64,000 bases of DNA from Eledone cirrhosa (GCA_964016885.1 OZ024741.1:13702001-13766000); one strand, 5' to 3'. Counted from the stretch's first letter, positions 47,701 through 61,500 are shown. Made by a program: numbers and translations. The notes: a model not told the origin generated them from the letters alone.

Positions 47701-50700
47701 GTGGTGACTGTAGTGTTACATGTAGTGGCTGTAGTGGTAGTGGTGGTGACTGCAGTGTTAGAGGTAGTGGCTGTAGTGGTAGTGGTGGTGACTGTAGTGT
47801 TAGATGTAGTGGCTGTAGTGGTAGTGGTGGTGACTGCAGTGTTAGATGTAGTGGCTGTAGTGGTAGTAGTGGTGACTGCAGTGTTAGAGGTAGTGGCTGT
47901 AGTGGTAGTGGTGGTGACTGTAGTGTTAGATGTAGTGGCTGTAGTGGTAGTGGTGGTGACTGCAGTGTTAGATGTAGTGGCTGTAGTGGTAGTGGTGGTG
48001 ACTGTAGTGTTACATGTAGTGGCTGTAGTGGTAGTGGGGGTGACTGTAGTGTTAGATGTAGTGGCTGTAGTGGTAGTGGTGATGACTGCAGTGTTAGATG
48101 TAGTGGCTGTAGTGGTAGTGGGGGTGACTGTAGTGTTACATGTAGTGGCTGTAGTGGTAGTGGTGGTGACTGCAGTGTTAGATGTAGTGGCTGTAGTGGT
48201 AGTGGTGCTGACTGTAGTGTTAGATGTAGTGGCTGTAGTGGTAGTGGTGGTGACTGTAGTGTTAGATGTAGTGGCTGTAGTGGTAGTGGTTGTGACTGCA
48301 GTGTTAGATGTAGTGGCTGTAGTGGTAGTGGTGGTGACTGTAGTGTTAGATGTAGTGGCTGTAGTGGTAGTGGTTGTGACTGCAGTGTTAGATGTAGTGG
48401 CTGTAGTGGTAGTGGTGGTGACTGCAGTGTTACATGTAGTGGCTGTAGTGGTAGTGGTGGTGACTGTAGTGTTACATGTAGTGGCTGTAGTGGTAGTGGT
48501 TGTGACTGCAGTGTTAGATGTAGTGGCTGTAGTGGTAGTGGGGGTGACTGTAGTGTTAGATGTAGTGGCTGTAGTGGTAGTGGTGATGACTGCAGTGTTA
48601 GATGTAGTGGCTGTAGTGGTAGTGGGGGTGACTGTAGTGTTACATGTAGTGGCTGTAGTGGTAGTGGTGGTGACTGCAGTGTTAGATGTAGTGGCTGTAG
48701 TGGTAGTGGTGGTGACTGCAGTGTTAGATGTAGTGGCTGTAGTGGTAGTGGTGCTGACTGCAGTGTTACATGTAGTGGCTGTAGTGGTTGTGGTGGTGAC
48801 TGCAGTGTTAGATGTAGTGGCTGTAGTGGTAGTGGGTGTGACTGTAGTGTTAGATGTAGTGGCTGTAGTTGTAGTAGTGTTACATGTAGTGGCTGTAGTG
48901 GATGTGGTGGTGACTGCAGTGTTAGATGTAGTGGCTGTAGTGGTAGTGGTGGGGACTGTAGTGTTAGAGGTAGTGGCTGTAGTGGTAGTGGTGGTGACTG
49001 TAGTGTTACATGTAGTGGCTGTAGTGGTAGTGGTGGTGAATGTAGTGTTAGATGTAGTGGCTGTAGTGGTAGTGGGGGTGACTGCAGTGTTAGATGTAGT
49101 GGCTGTAGTGGTAGTGCTGGTGACTGCAGTGTTAGATGTAGTGGCTGTAGTGGTAGTGGTGGTGACTGCAGTGTTAGATATAGTGGCTGTAGTGGTAGTG
49201 GTGGTGACTGCAGTGTTAGATGTAGTGGCTGTAGTGGTAGTGGTGCTGACTGCAGTGTTAGATGTAGTGGCTGTAGTGGTAGTGGTGGTGACTGCAGTGT
49301 TAGATGTAGTGGCTGTAGTGGTAGTGGTGGTGACTGTAGTGTTAGATGTAGTGGCTGTTGTGGTAGTGGTGGTGACTGCAGTGTTAGATGTAGTGGCTGT
49401 AGTGGTAGTGGTGGTGACTGTAGTGTTAGATGTAGTGGCTGTAGTGGTAGTGGTGGTGACTGCAGTGTTAGATGTAGTGGCTGTAGTGGTAGTTGTGGTG
49501 GGAGCAGTGTTAGATATAGTGGCTGTAGTGGTAGTGGTGGTGACTGTAGTGTTAGATGTAGTGGCTGTAGTTGTAGTAGTGCTGACTGTAGTGTTACATG
49601 TAGTGGCTGTAGTGGTAGTGGTGGTGACTGCAGTGTTAGATGTAGTGGCTGTAGTGGTAGTAGTGGTGACTGCAGTGTTAGATGTAGTGGCTGTAGTGGT
49701 AGTGGTGGTGACTGCAGTGTTAGATGTAGTGGCTGTAGTGGTAGTAGTGGTGACTGCAGTGTTAGATGTAGTGGCTGTAGTGGTAGTGGTGGTGACTGCA
49801 GTGTTAGATGTAGTGGCTGTAGTGGTAGTGGTGGTGACTGCAGTGTTAGATGTTGTGGCTGTAGTGGTAGTAGTGGTGACTGCAGTGTTAGATGTAGTGG
49901 CTGTAGTGGTAGTGGTGGTGACTGCAGTGTTAGATGTAGTGGCTGTAGTGGTAGTAGTGGTGACTGCAGTGTTAGATGTAGTGGCTGTAGTGGTAGTGGT
50001 GGTGACTGCAGTGTTACATGTAGTGGCTGTAGTGGTAGTGGTGGTGACTGTAGTGTTAGTGGTAGTGGCTGTAGTGGTAGTGGTGCTGACTGTAGTGTTA
50101 GATGTAGTGGCTGTAGTGGTAGTAGTGGTGACTGCAGTGTTAGATGTAGTGGCTGTAGTGGTAGTGGTGCTGACTGCAGTGTTAGATGTAGTGGCTGTAG
50201 TGGTAGTGGTGGTGACTGTAGTGTTAGTGGTAGTGGCTGTAGTGGTAGTGGTGCTGACTGTAGTGTTAGATGTAGTGGCTGTAGTGGTAGTAGTGGTGAC
50301 TGCAGTGTTAGATGTAGTGGCTGTAGTGGTAGTGGTGCTGACTGCAGTGTTAGATGTAGTGGCTGTAGTGGTAGTGGTGCTGACTGTAGTGTTAGATGTA
50401 GTGGCTGTAGTGGTAGTAGTGGTGACTGTAGTGTTAGATGTAGTGGCTGTAGTGGTAGTAGTGGTGACTGCAGTGTTAGATGTAGTGGCTGTAGTGGTAG
50501 TGGTGGTGACTGCAGTGTTAGATGTAGTGGCTGTAGTGGTAGTGGTGGTGACTGCAGTGTTAGATGTAGTGGCTGTAGTGGTAGTGGTGCTGACTGCAGT
50601 GTTAGATGTAGTGGCTGTAGTGGTAGTGGTGCTGACTGCAGTGTTAGATGTAGTGGCTGTAGTGGTAGTGGTGGTGACTGTAGTGTTAGATGTAGTGGCT

Positions 50701-53700
50701 GTAGTGGTAGTGGTGCTGACTGCAGTGTTAGATGTAGTGGCTGTAGTGGTAGTGGTGCTGACTGCAGTGTTAGATGTAGTGGCTCTAGTGGTAGTGGGGG
50801 TGACTGCAGTGTTAGATGTAGTGGCTGTAGTGGTAGTGGAGCTGACTGCAGTGTTAGATGTAGTGGCTCTAGTGGTAGTGGTGGTGACTGTAGTGTTAGA
50901 TGTAGTGGCTGTAGTGGTAGTAGTGGTGACTGCAGTGTTAGATGTAGTGGCTGTAGTGGTAGTGGTGGTGACTGCAGTGTTAGATGTAGTGGCTGTAGTG
51001 GTAGTGGTGCTGACTGCAGTGTTAGATGTAGTGGCTGTAGTGGTAGTGGTGGTGACTGCAGTGTTAGATGTAGTGGCTGTAGTGGTAGTGGAGCTGACTG
51101 TAGTGTTAGATGTAGTGGCTGTAGTGGTAGTGGTGGTGACTGCAGTGTTAGATGTAGTGGCTGTAGTGGTAGTGGTGCTGACTGCAGTGTTAGATGTAGT
51201 GGCTGTAGTGGTAGTGGTGGTGACTGCAGTGTTAGATGTAGTGGCTGTAGTGGTAGTGGAGCTGACTGCAGTGTTAGATGTAGTGGCTCTAGTGGTAGTG
51301 GGGGTGACTGCAGTGTTAGATGTAGTGGCTGTAGTGGTAGTGGAGCTGACTGTAGTGTTAGATGTAGTGGCTCTAGTGGTAGTGGTGGTGACTGTAGTGT
51401 TAGATGTAGTGGCTGTAGTGGTAGTGGTGGTGACTGCAGTGTTAGATGTAGTGGCTCTAGTGGTAGTGGGGGTGACTGTAGTGTTAGATGTAGTGGCTGT
51501 AGTGGTAGTGGTGGGGACTGCAGTGTTAGATGTAGTGGCTGTAGTGGTAGTGGTGGGGACTGCAGTGTTAGATGTAGTAGCTGTAGTGGTAGTGGTGGTG
51601 ACTGCAGTGTTAGATGTAGTGGCTGTAGTGGTAGTGGTGGTGACTGCAGTGTTAGTTGTAGTGGCTGTAGTGGTAGTGGGGGTGACTGCAGTGTTAGATG
51701 TAGTGGCTGTAGTGGTAGTGGTGGTGACTGTAGTGTTAGTTGTAGTGGCTGTAGTGGTAGTGGTGGTGACTGCAGTGTTAGATGTAGTGGCTCTAGTGGT
51801 AGTGGGGGTGACTGCAGTGTTAGATGTAGTGGCTGTAGTGGTAGTGGTGGTGACTGCAGTGTTAGATGTAGTGGCTGTAGTGGTAGTGGTGGTGACTGCA
51901 GTGTTACATGTAGTGGCTGTAGTGGTTGTGGTGGTGACTGTAGTGTTAGATGTAGTGGCTGTAGTGGTAGTGGTGGTGACTGCAGTGTTAGATGTAGTGG
52001 CTGTAGTGGTAGTGGTGGTGACTGCAGTGTTAGATGTAGTGGCTGTAGTGGTAGTGGTGGGGACTGTAGTGTTAGATGTAGTGGCTGTAGTTGTAGTAGT
52101 GTTACATGTAGTGGCTGTAGTGGTTGTGGTGGTGACTGTAGTGTTAGAGGTAGTGGCTGTAGTGGTAGTGGTGGTGACTGTAGTGTTAGATGTAGTGGCT
52201 GTAGTGGTAGTGGTGGTGACTGCAGTGTTAGAGGTAGTGGCTGTAGTGGTAGTGGTGCTGACTGCAGTGTTAGATGTAGTGGCTGTAGTGGTAGTGGTGG
52301 TGACTGTAGTGTTACATGTAGTGGCTGTAGTGGTAGTGGTGGTGACTGTAGTGTTAGATGTAGTGACTGCAGTGTTAGATGTAGTGGCTGTAGTGGTAGT
52401 GGTGGTGACTGTAGTGTTACATGTAGTGGCTGTAGTGGTAGTGGTGGTGACTGTAGTGTTAGATGTAGTGGCTGTAGTGGTAGTGGTGGTGACTGCAGTG
52501 TTAGATGTAGTGGCTGTAGTGGTAGTGGTGGTGACTGTAGTGTTAGATGTAGTGGCTGTAGTGGTAGTGGTGCTGACTGCAGTGTTAGATGTAGTGGCTG
52601 TAGTGGTAGTGGTGGTGACTGTAGTGTTAGATGTAGTGACTGTAGTGGTAGTGGTGGTGACTGCAGTGTTAGATGTAGTGGCTCTAGTGGTAGTGGTGGT
52701 GACTGTAGTGTTAGATGTAGTGGCTCTAGTGGTAGTGGTGGTGACTGTAGTGTTAGATGTAGTGGCTGTAGTGGTAGTGGTGGTGACTGCAGTGTTAGAT
52801 GTAGTGGCTGTAGTGGTAGTGGTGGTGACTGTAGTGTTACATGTAGTGGCTGTAGTGGTAGTGGTGGTGACTGTAGTGTTAGATGTAGTGGCTGTAGTGG
52901 TAGTGGTGGTGACTGTAGTGTTAGATGTAGTGACTGTAGTGGTAGTGGTGGTGACTGCAGTGTTAGATGTAGTGGCTCTAGTGGTAGTGGTGGTGACTGT
53001 AGTGTTACATGTAGTGACTGTAGTGGTAGTGGTGGTGACTGCAGTGTTAGATGTAGTGGCTGTAGTGGTAGTGGTGGTGACTGCAGTGTTAGATGTAGTG
53101 GCTCTAGTGGTAGTGGTGGTGACTGTAGTGTTAGATGTAGTGGCTGTAGTGGTAGTGGTGGTGACTGTAGTGTTAGATGTAGTGGCTGTAGTGGTAGTGG
53201 TGCTGACTGTAGTGTTAGATGTAGTGGCTGTAGTGGTAGTGGTGGTGACTGTAGTGTTAGATGTAGTGGCTGTAGTGGTAGTGGTGGTGACTGTAGTGTT
53301 AGATGTAGTGACTGTAGTGGTAGTGGTGGTGACTGCAGTGTTAGATGTAGTGGCTCTAGTGGTAGTGGTGGTGACTGTAGTGTTAGATGTAGTGGCTGTA
53401 GTGGTAGTGGTGGTGACTGTAGTGTTAGATGTAGTGGCTGTAGTGGTAGTGGTGCTGACTGTAGTGTTAGATGTAGTGGCTGTAGTGGTAGTGGTGGTGA
53501 CTGTAGTGTTAGATGTAGTGGCTGTAGTGGTAGTGGTGGTGACTGCAGTGTTAGATGTAGTGGCTGTAGTGGTAGTGGTGGTGACTGCAGTGTTAGATGT
53601 AGTGGCTGTAGTGGTAGTGGTGGTGACTGCAGTGTTAGATGTAGTGGCTGTAGTGGTAGTGGTGGTGACTGCAGTGTTAGATGTAGTGGCTGTAGTGGTA

Positions 53701-56185
53701 GTGGTGGTGACTGCAGTGTTAGATGTAGTGGCTGTAGTGGTAGTGGTGGTGACTGTAGTGTTAGATGTAGTGGCTGTAGTGGTAGTGGTGGTGACTGTAG
53801 TGTTAGATGTAGTGGCTGTAGTGGTAGTGGTGGTGACTGCAGTGTTAGATGTAGTGGCTGTAGTGGTAGTGGTGGTGACTGCAGTGTTAGATGTAGTGGC
53901 TGTAGTGGTAGTGGTGGTGACTGCAGTGTTAGATGTAGTGGCTGTAGTGGTAGTGGTGGTGACTGCAGTGTTAGATGTAGTGGCTGTAGTGGTAGTGGTG
54001 GTGACTGCAGTGTTAGATGTAGTGGCTGTAGTGGTAGTGGTGGTGACTGCAGTGTTAGATGTAGTGGCTGTAGTGGTAGTGGTGGTGACTGTAGTGTTAG
54101 TGGTAGTGGCTGTAGTGGTAGTGGTTGTGACTGCAGTGTTAGATGTAGTGGCTGTAGTGGTAGTGGTGGTGACTGTAGTGTTAGATGTAGTGGCTGTAGT
54201 GGTAGTGGTGGTGACTGCAGTGTTAGATGTAGTGGCTGTAGTGGTAGTGGTGCTGACTGCAGTGTTAGATGTAGTGGCTGTAGTGGTAGTGGTGCTGACT
54301 GCAGTGTTAGATGTAGTGGCTGTAGTGGTAGTGCTGGTGACTGCAGTGTTAGATGTAGTGGCTGTAGTGGTAGTAGTGGTGACTGTAGTGTTAGATGTAG
54401 TGGCTGTAGTGGTAGTAGTGGTGACTGCAGTGTTAGATGTAGTGGCTGTAGTGGTAGTGGTGCTGACTGTAGTGTTAGATGTAGTGGCTGTAGTGGTAGT
54501 GCTGGTGACTGCAGTGTTAGATGTAGTGGCTGTAGTGGTAGTGCTGGTGACTGCAGTGTTAGATGTAGTGGCTGTAGTGGTAGTGGTGGTGACTGTAGTG
54601 TTAGATATAGTGGCTGTAGTGGTAGTGGTGCTGACTGCAGTGTTAGATGTAGTGGCTGTAGTGTTTGTGGTGGTGGGAGCAGTGTTAGATGTAGTGGCTG
54701 TAGTGGTAGTGGTGGTGACTGTAGTGTTAGATGTAGTGGCTGTAGTGGTAGTGGTGCTGACTGCAGTGTTAGATGTAGTGGCTGTAGTGGTAGTGGTGGT
54801 GGGAGCAGTGTTAGATGTAGTGGCTGTAGTGGTAGTGGTGGTGACTGCAGTGTTAGATGTAGTGGCTGTAGTGGTAGTGGTGGTGACTGCAGTGTTACAT
54901 GTAGTGGCTGTAGTGGTAGTGGTGGTGACTGCAGTGTTAGATGTAGTGGCTGTAGTGTTTGTGGTGGTGGGAGCAGTGTTAGATGTAGTGGCTGTAGTGG
55001 TAGTGGTGGTGACTGCAGTGTTAGATGTAGTGGCTGTAGTGGTAGTGGTGGTGACTGTAGTGTTAGATGTAGTGGCTGTAGTGGTAGTGGTGGTGACTGC
55101 AGTGTTACATGTAGTGGCTGTAGTGGTAGTGGTGCTGACTGCAGTGTTAGATGTAGTGGCTGTAGTGGTAGTGGTGGTGACTGCAGTGTTAGATGTAGTG
55201 GCTGTAGTGGTAGTGGTGGTGACTGCAGTGTTACATGTAGTGGCTGTAGTGGTAGTGGTGGTGACTGCAGTGTTACATGTAGTGGCTGTAGTGGTAGTGG
55301 TTGTGACTGCAGTGTTACATGTAGTGGCTGTAGTGGTAGTGGTGCTGACTGCAGTGTTAGATGTAGTGGCTGTAGTGGTAGTGGTGGTGACTGCAGTGTT
55401 AGATGTAGTGGCTGTAGTGGTAGTGGTGCTGACTGCAGTGTTACATGTAGTGGCTGTAGTGGTAGTGGTGGTGACTGCAGTGTTACATGTAGTGGCTCTA
55501 GTGGTAGTGGTGGTGACTGTAGTGTTAGATGTAGTGGCTGTAGTGGTAGTGGTGGTGACTGCAGTGTTAGATGTAGTGGCTGTAGTGGTAGTGGTGGTGA
55601 CTGCAGTGTTAGATGTAGTGGCTGTAGTGGTAGTGGTGGTGACTGCAGTGTTAGATGTAGTGGCTGTAGTGGTAGTGGTGGTGACTGTAGTGTTAGATGT
55701 AGTGGTAGTGGTGGTGACTGCAGTGTTAGATGTAGTGGCTGTAGTGGTAGTGGTGGTGACTGCAGTGTTAGATGTAGTGGCTGTAGTGGTAGTGGTGGTG
55801 ACTGTAGTGTTAGATGTAGTGGCTGTAGTGGTAGTGGTGGTGACTGTAGTGTTAGATGTAGTGGCTGTAGTGGTAGTGGTGGTGACTGCAGTGTTAGATG
55901 TAGTGGCTGTAGTGGTAGTGGTGGTGACTGCAGTGTTAGATGTAGTGGCTGTAGTGGTAGTGGTGGTGACTGTAGTGTTAGATGTAGTGGCTGTAGTGGT
56001 AGTGGTGGTGACTGCAGTGTTAGATGTAGTGGCTGTAGTGGTAGTGGTGCTGACTGTAGTGTTACATGTAGTGGCTGTAGCGGTAGTGGTGCTGACTGTA
56101 GTGTTAGATGTAGTGGCTGTAGTGGTAGTGGTGCTGACTGTAGTGTTAGATGTAGTGGCTGTAGTGGTAGAGGTGGTGACTGTAG
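35785..56185. repeat. 42-bp tandem array, consensus GTAGTGGCTGTAGTGGTAGTGGTGGTGACTG(C/T)AGTGTTAGAT, about 20.4 kb (roughly 485 units)
   Basis: 14-residue periodicity in the 6806-aa (VVAVVVVVVTAVLD) and 3685-aa (LQSPPLPLQPLHLT) ORFs. Confidence 0.98.
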
Positions 56186-56199
56186 TTGTTGTTATGGTT

Positions 56200-57390
56200 T
56201 AGCGGTGGCAGTTGTAGTGGTGACAAATGGTGTTTTGTTGTGGTTGCAGTGTTGGTTGTAGTGGTGACTGTAGTTGTAATGGTAGTTTTAATAGTTGTAG
56301 TGGTGGTAGCTGTAGTGGTTTTGGTAGCCATAGTGGTGTAAGTACTGGTAGCTGTAGTGGTGGCGGTAGCAGTGGTAGTAGTTGCTGTAGCAGTGGTGGT
56401 AGTCGTAGCTGTAGTAGTAGTGGTGTAAGTATTGCTTGCTGTAGTAGTGGTGGTGGTAGTAGTAGTAGTGGTGGTAGTGTAAGTACTGGTAGCTGTAATA
56501 GTGGTAGTAGTAGTGTAAGTACTGCTAGCTGTAGTAGTGGTGGTCGTACTGGTAGCTGTAGTAGTTGTGGTGGTGGTGGTAGTTTAATTCTGAATGGACA
56601 GCCAGTAAATAGCCAAATATTTTCATCAATAAACAGTATGAAGAGAGAACATATGGAGAGGACTGATTGGTGGTGGTGATGGTGGTGGTGGTGGTGTGGT
56701 GGTGGTGGTGTTGGTGGTGTGGTGGTTGTGGGGGTGGTGGCGGTTGTGGTGGTAGTAGTAGTGGTGGTGGTGATAGTGGTGTTGGTGGTGTAGTGGTAGT
56801 GTTGGTGGTTGTGGTGGTAGTAATGATGGTGGTGGTGGTGGTGGTGGTGGTGGTAGTTGTGGTGGTGGTGTTGGTGGTGTGGTGGTTGTGGTGGTGGTGG
56901 TGGTTGTAGTGGTGGTGGTGTAGTGGTAGTGTTGGTGGTTGTGGTGGTAGCAATGATGGTGGTGGTGGTGGTGGTGGTGGTGTTGGTGGTGTGGTGGTTG
57001 TGGTGGTGGTAATGATGGTGGTGGTGGTGGTGGTGATGGTGGTGTGGTGGTGGTGGTGTTGGTGGTGTGGTGATGGTGGTGGTCGTGATGGTGGTGTAGT
57101 GGTGGTGGTGTGGTGGTGGTGGTGTTGGTGGTGGTGTAGTGGTGGTGGTGATGGTGTTGTGGTGTTGGTGGTGTGGTGGTGGTAGTAGTGGTAGTGGTCA
57201 TGGTGTGGTGGTGGTAGTTGTAGTGGTAACAGTGGTAGTAGTCGTAATGGTGGTAGTTGTAGTGTTGGTGGTAGTCATGCTGGTAGTGGTGGCAGTTACT
57301 GTAATGGTGGTGGTTGTAGTAGCAGTAGCTGTAGTGGTGGTAATGGTTGTGTTGATGTAGTGGTGGTGCTTGTTGTAGTGGTGGTGGTAG
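56200..57390. repeat. (GGT)n/(AGT)n low-complexity tracts
   Basis: Direct inspection. Confidence 0.85.
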
Positions 57391-57616
57391 TATTGTTGAA
57401 TAGATAAACATTTTCATGGGCGATGAAGATAGTTGACTAGATAGAGCCTAGCTCGATGTGTATATGTGTGTCTATATATGTGTGTGTGTATATATGTGTG
57501 TGTGCGCAAGTATGTGTATATGGGTATGTATTTGTGTATTTGTCTCTGTGCATGTGTGTATGTATGAGCATTTGTGTGTGTGTGTAGATGTGATGAGTAT
57601 ATATATATATATATAT

Positions 57617-57658
<42 letters not shown>

Positions 57659-57792
57659 TTGAAGACTAAAATCCAAAGAGGGCTCGAGTTTCAGAAGATC
57701 CCGTTAAGGGTGAAAGCAGCGATTCTTTGCTTAAACTTTAATCTGTTATTTTAATAAATATATATATATATATATATATAATTATAGTAATA

Positions 57793-58110
57793 ACTAGCAG
57801 AATGGCCCGACGTTGCTCGGGATTTGCTCTAGGGTTCTTCTTATATATTTGATATATATTTAACCTTATCGAGCCTTGTGAAATAAATACGTTTGTTTAT
57901 ATTTTGTTGTTGTGTATGCAAAAATATCTGTACACGAATATATAATTATATATCTATATCTATATATCTAAAACAGAGAATGTCTGTCTGTTTGACTCCC
58001 TAAAACCCGAGAACCACCCAACCGATTGTTTTCAAACATTACACCTCTAATACTTATGGTCCTGGGAGTGTTTTGAGCCAAACATATTTCAAATGTTCAA
58101 TGCCCTAGGG
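57793..58110. mobile_element. Possible non-autonomous Helitron-like termini
   Basis: Minus-strand hairpin CCCGAGCAACGTCGGG followed by CCATTCTG-CTAG-T (Helitron-type 3' end) at 57793-57821, and a TCTATATATCTAAAACAGAGAATGTCTGTCTG start at about 57959. Confidence 0.45.
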
Positions 58111-58596
58111 TCCGCATTAGGCGATTTAGTGATCTCTCTCTATAATTCTTAGTCTTTCTTTTTAGATAGATACATAGATATAACGTTGCGCCCTTATAAT
58201 ATCTGTCTTTATGTCTGGCTGTCTGCATTGCGACATTATATATGGGCATAGGTAAGTTAGGTATATACGGGGATAGATAGATACATAGATACATAGATAG
58301 ATAGATAGATAGATACATAGATAAATTTCTTTATTAGCCACAAGGGCACAGATAGATATATTTCTTTATTAGTCACAAGGGCGCACAAGAAAAGGGGACA
58401 ATACAAAGACATGCCGGGGATTTTACATACAGTCGTGTAAAAAATATACAAAAACAAACAATTACAACAATCGAAATCCCCAATAGGGAGGAGGCACCAC
58501 AAATGGGTTGTTTAATACCCCGTCGATAGAACAACCCTCAACTCCAGGAGCGTGTTGTGCAAGTGCTCCTTTCTTCCTTTTGCTCCCTTCTTCAAC

Positions 58597-61500
58597 CTAC
58601 AGGCTTATAAACAGAGAAGGCCCAATCACTCGGGCCATTTTCGCTTCATTCACCCACCTTTCAGTAAATTTCCTGGGGTGCAGTGCCTCTCTCTCCACCA
58701 TGATTTTCCTTCTAAAGTGATACTTAAAGAAGGGAATCAATTGTTGTCCGGGGAGAAAGGCATCTGTCCTCAGTCCTCTCAACCTCGTCCACCATATACC
58801 TTCTTTCACCATAGCCACCGTACAGAGGAAAACCGCCTCTCGTTTTTGAAAGAGGCTGGCGGTTTGATCCTTACTATGGACTCGGCAGTCAACTGGATTT
58901 GTCCCATACGCGACAGCAGTTGTTCTGCATAGTTCCACAGGTCAGTTACGCCCGGGTAGTGTACAATTGCGTGCAGGACTGTTTGAAAGTCCTGGGCGCA
59001 TCTTGGACACGTCCTCTTGGAAGGATCCCTGCCGGGGCGTCCGTGCCTGTAGATCTTGTCACGAACCGGTAGAGCTCCTCGGTAGCACTGTCAGGGACCT
59101 TTGGAAGTTGTCCATAGGTCCCGGGCGGAAAGTCCTACCAAACAGACTGGTGAGCTCATCGTCTTCGACGCCCAGAGTCTCTCCGAGCACGTCGTCGCCC
59201 TTGTAACGTACAATATCTCTATAGAATGTCGAAGTGGAGTCTCCACTGATTGCTGCGCCCGCTTGCCAGAGGACTGTGAGCGCCTGAGCGCATTCAATGT
59301 GCCAGGCGCCCATCGTTTTGGTCTTTTCTTCACCCAGGACTGCAGCTCCGTCAGCGAGACGAGATGTGGGAAAGCCTGTCTCACAAACGGTACCCACACC
59401 GGTTGGGGGTCGGTGAGGAATACCTGGAGATGCCGCAGCCTCAGCGCATGTTTGCGCATCATCAGCCACGGCATTCCCAGCCCTCCGTTGGAAGGGTGCT
59501 GACAGCAGACGGATCTCCTCACCAGCGGAGCCTGCTTCTTCCACAGAAACTGGAAGAGCATGCGTTCCATCTTGGCGAGGTGTTCTCGGAGACAAGGCAC
59601 GACAGTCAAGCGGTAGTAGATGACGGACGCTATGAAAGTGTTCGCCACCTCCGCTCGACCTTTCAAGGACAGTTTGCACTCTCCCCACTTCTGGGTGAGT
59701 GCAAACACCTTGGCCATGACCTCGTTCAAGTTTTTCTCCACCTGGAGGTCTGGACCGGACCAGACCCCGAACAATTACACCGGTCCTTCCAACGATGCTG
59801 TCGGACGTCATCGGTTTGCCTCTCCACGTACCGAGTTGCAAACCGACAGACTTGTCCGGGTTTAGTTTTGCTCCCTTCAGCGTTTCGTATTCTTTAAGTA
59901 AGTTGCCGATCATCCCGATTTCCGAGGTGCTCGACACCATTACCGTCACGTCGTCGGCATAAGCCGACGCCGCTTTGCGCAGTCCTGATTCTAGAGGGAT
60001 GCCCTGCAACAGCTCCAATTTCCGCAGTAGTGGCTCTAGAGTCAATACATACAGAATGGAGGAGGGAGGGCACCCCTGTCGAATGGAACGCGTGATTGCG
60101 AACGGCTCCGATAGGTTGCCGTTCACCTTGACCCTCGAGCAGATGCTGGTGTGCATTGCCTCGATCCATCCTCTGAACACGGGACCGAAACCGGCCGTCT
60201 TGAGAACCGCTTCCAAGTATCGATGGTCGACCCTATCGAATGCCTTAGACTGATCCAAGTTGATCAGAGCCCCACCGAAGCCGGGTTTACTACCCACCCT
60301 CTTTATGATGATTCGCATGAGGTGGAGGTTGTCGTGTATGGACCTGGTCGGGATTTCACACGTTTGCGCTTTCCCTACCAAGTTCTCGATGACAAGCGCC
60401 AACCTCGTCGCTAGCACCTTGGCCAAAACCTTAAACTCTGTGTTGAGCCGAGTTATGGGCCTGAAGTTGTTAATTTGGTCCCCCTTGTTCTCGTCTTTCC
60501 TGATCAGCGTTACTATGCCCTTGCCTGCAGAACTGGGAATTCTCCCGTTCTGCTGCCAATTGCAGTAGACGGCTTCGAGGACGCCAGAGAACAAGTCTGG
60601 AATGCCTATGTAGAACTCGTAGGGTAGACCATCTAGACCGGGTGACTTGCGTTTCTCGCAGCGGCCCAGAGCGTCCCGTATCTCAGTGTCCGTGATCCGT
60701 CTTTCGCAGAACTCGGCGTCCGTGTTCGAGAGACGCGGCAGGCCGTCGAGGTATGAACTAAAGTCCATTGCCCCGCTCGGCTCACCGTCGTTCTGCTCAA
60801 ACAGTCGCGCAAAGTGCCGCTGAAAGGTCGCGCACATTTGCTTGGGGTCAAGTAGCACGCGTCCGTTTTGGTCTTTCAAAGACCGAATTGTGGACTTGTT
60901 GCCACTTTTTGCCTCCGCCACTCGGGCCCAGCTGACAGCTTTCGCTCCTTCGTTTCCTAGAGCACGTGTTTTGCTTCTAACCACGCAGCCTTCGTGTTTC
61001 GCATCGAAGAACTGGTCCAGTGCCGTTCTCGACGCTAACACTCTAGCCGCGTTGCCACTTTAAGTGCTTCCTCTACCTTGGCTACTAGTTCTCTTTCTAT
61101 TCTGTTTTTCTCTAAGGCTAACTCTCTGCTATACCCTATCGATTCTATTCTAATTGCTTTCTTCTTGAGAGAGTAACACCATCTATTGTTGACAATGGCT
61201 CCCGTTAACTGTTGCTTGACTAGTCTACTTATCCGTTCACTGTAAGCTTTTCGTGCCGGCAACGACACGTTCAGCTTCCAGTATCCGGGTCCCTGTCTAT
61301 CTATTCTATCACGGTTGACTAAGCAGACGACTAACTTGTGATCTGAATAGGCAACCATGTGCATTCGTGGACAGCTTAACATCTCCTTGTCCCTTTCTCT
61401 AATGAAGAACCTATCTAAATACGATCTAGATGTCCCACTGCGGTTTGCCCACGTCCACTGTGGTGCAGTCGGGAAATCCAGTCGATACCTATCGGCCAGT

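Noticed and set aside
35782-56202. 6806-aa poly-Val ORF and 3685-aa Leu/Pro/Gln ORF as real proteins
   Set aside because: Pure translations of the 42-bp unit, with no unique domains and implausible composition.
57400-57440. Next INPP5A exon (IFMGDED resembling the YLDE motif)
   Set aside because: Bounded by stops, no proper splice donor, similarity too weak.
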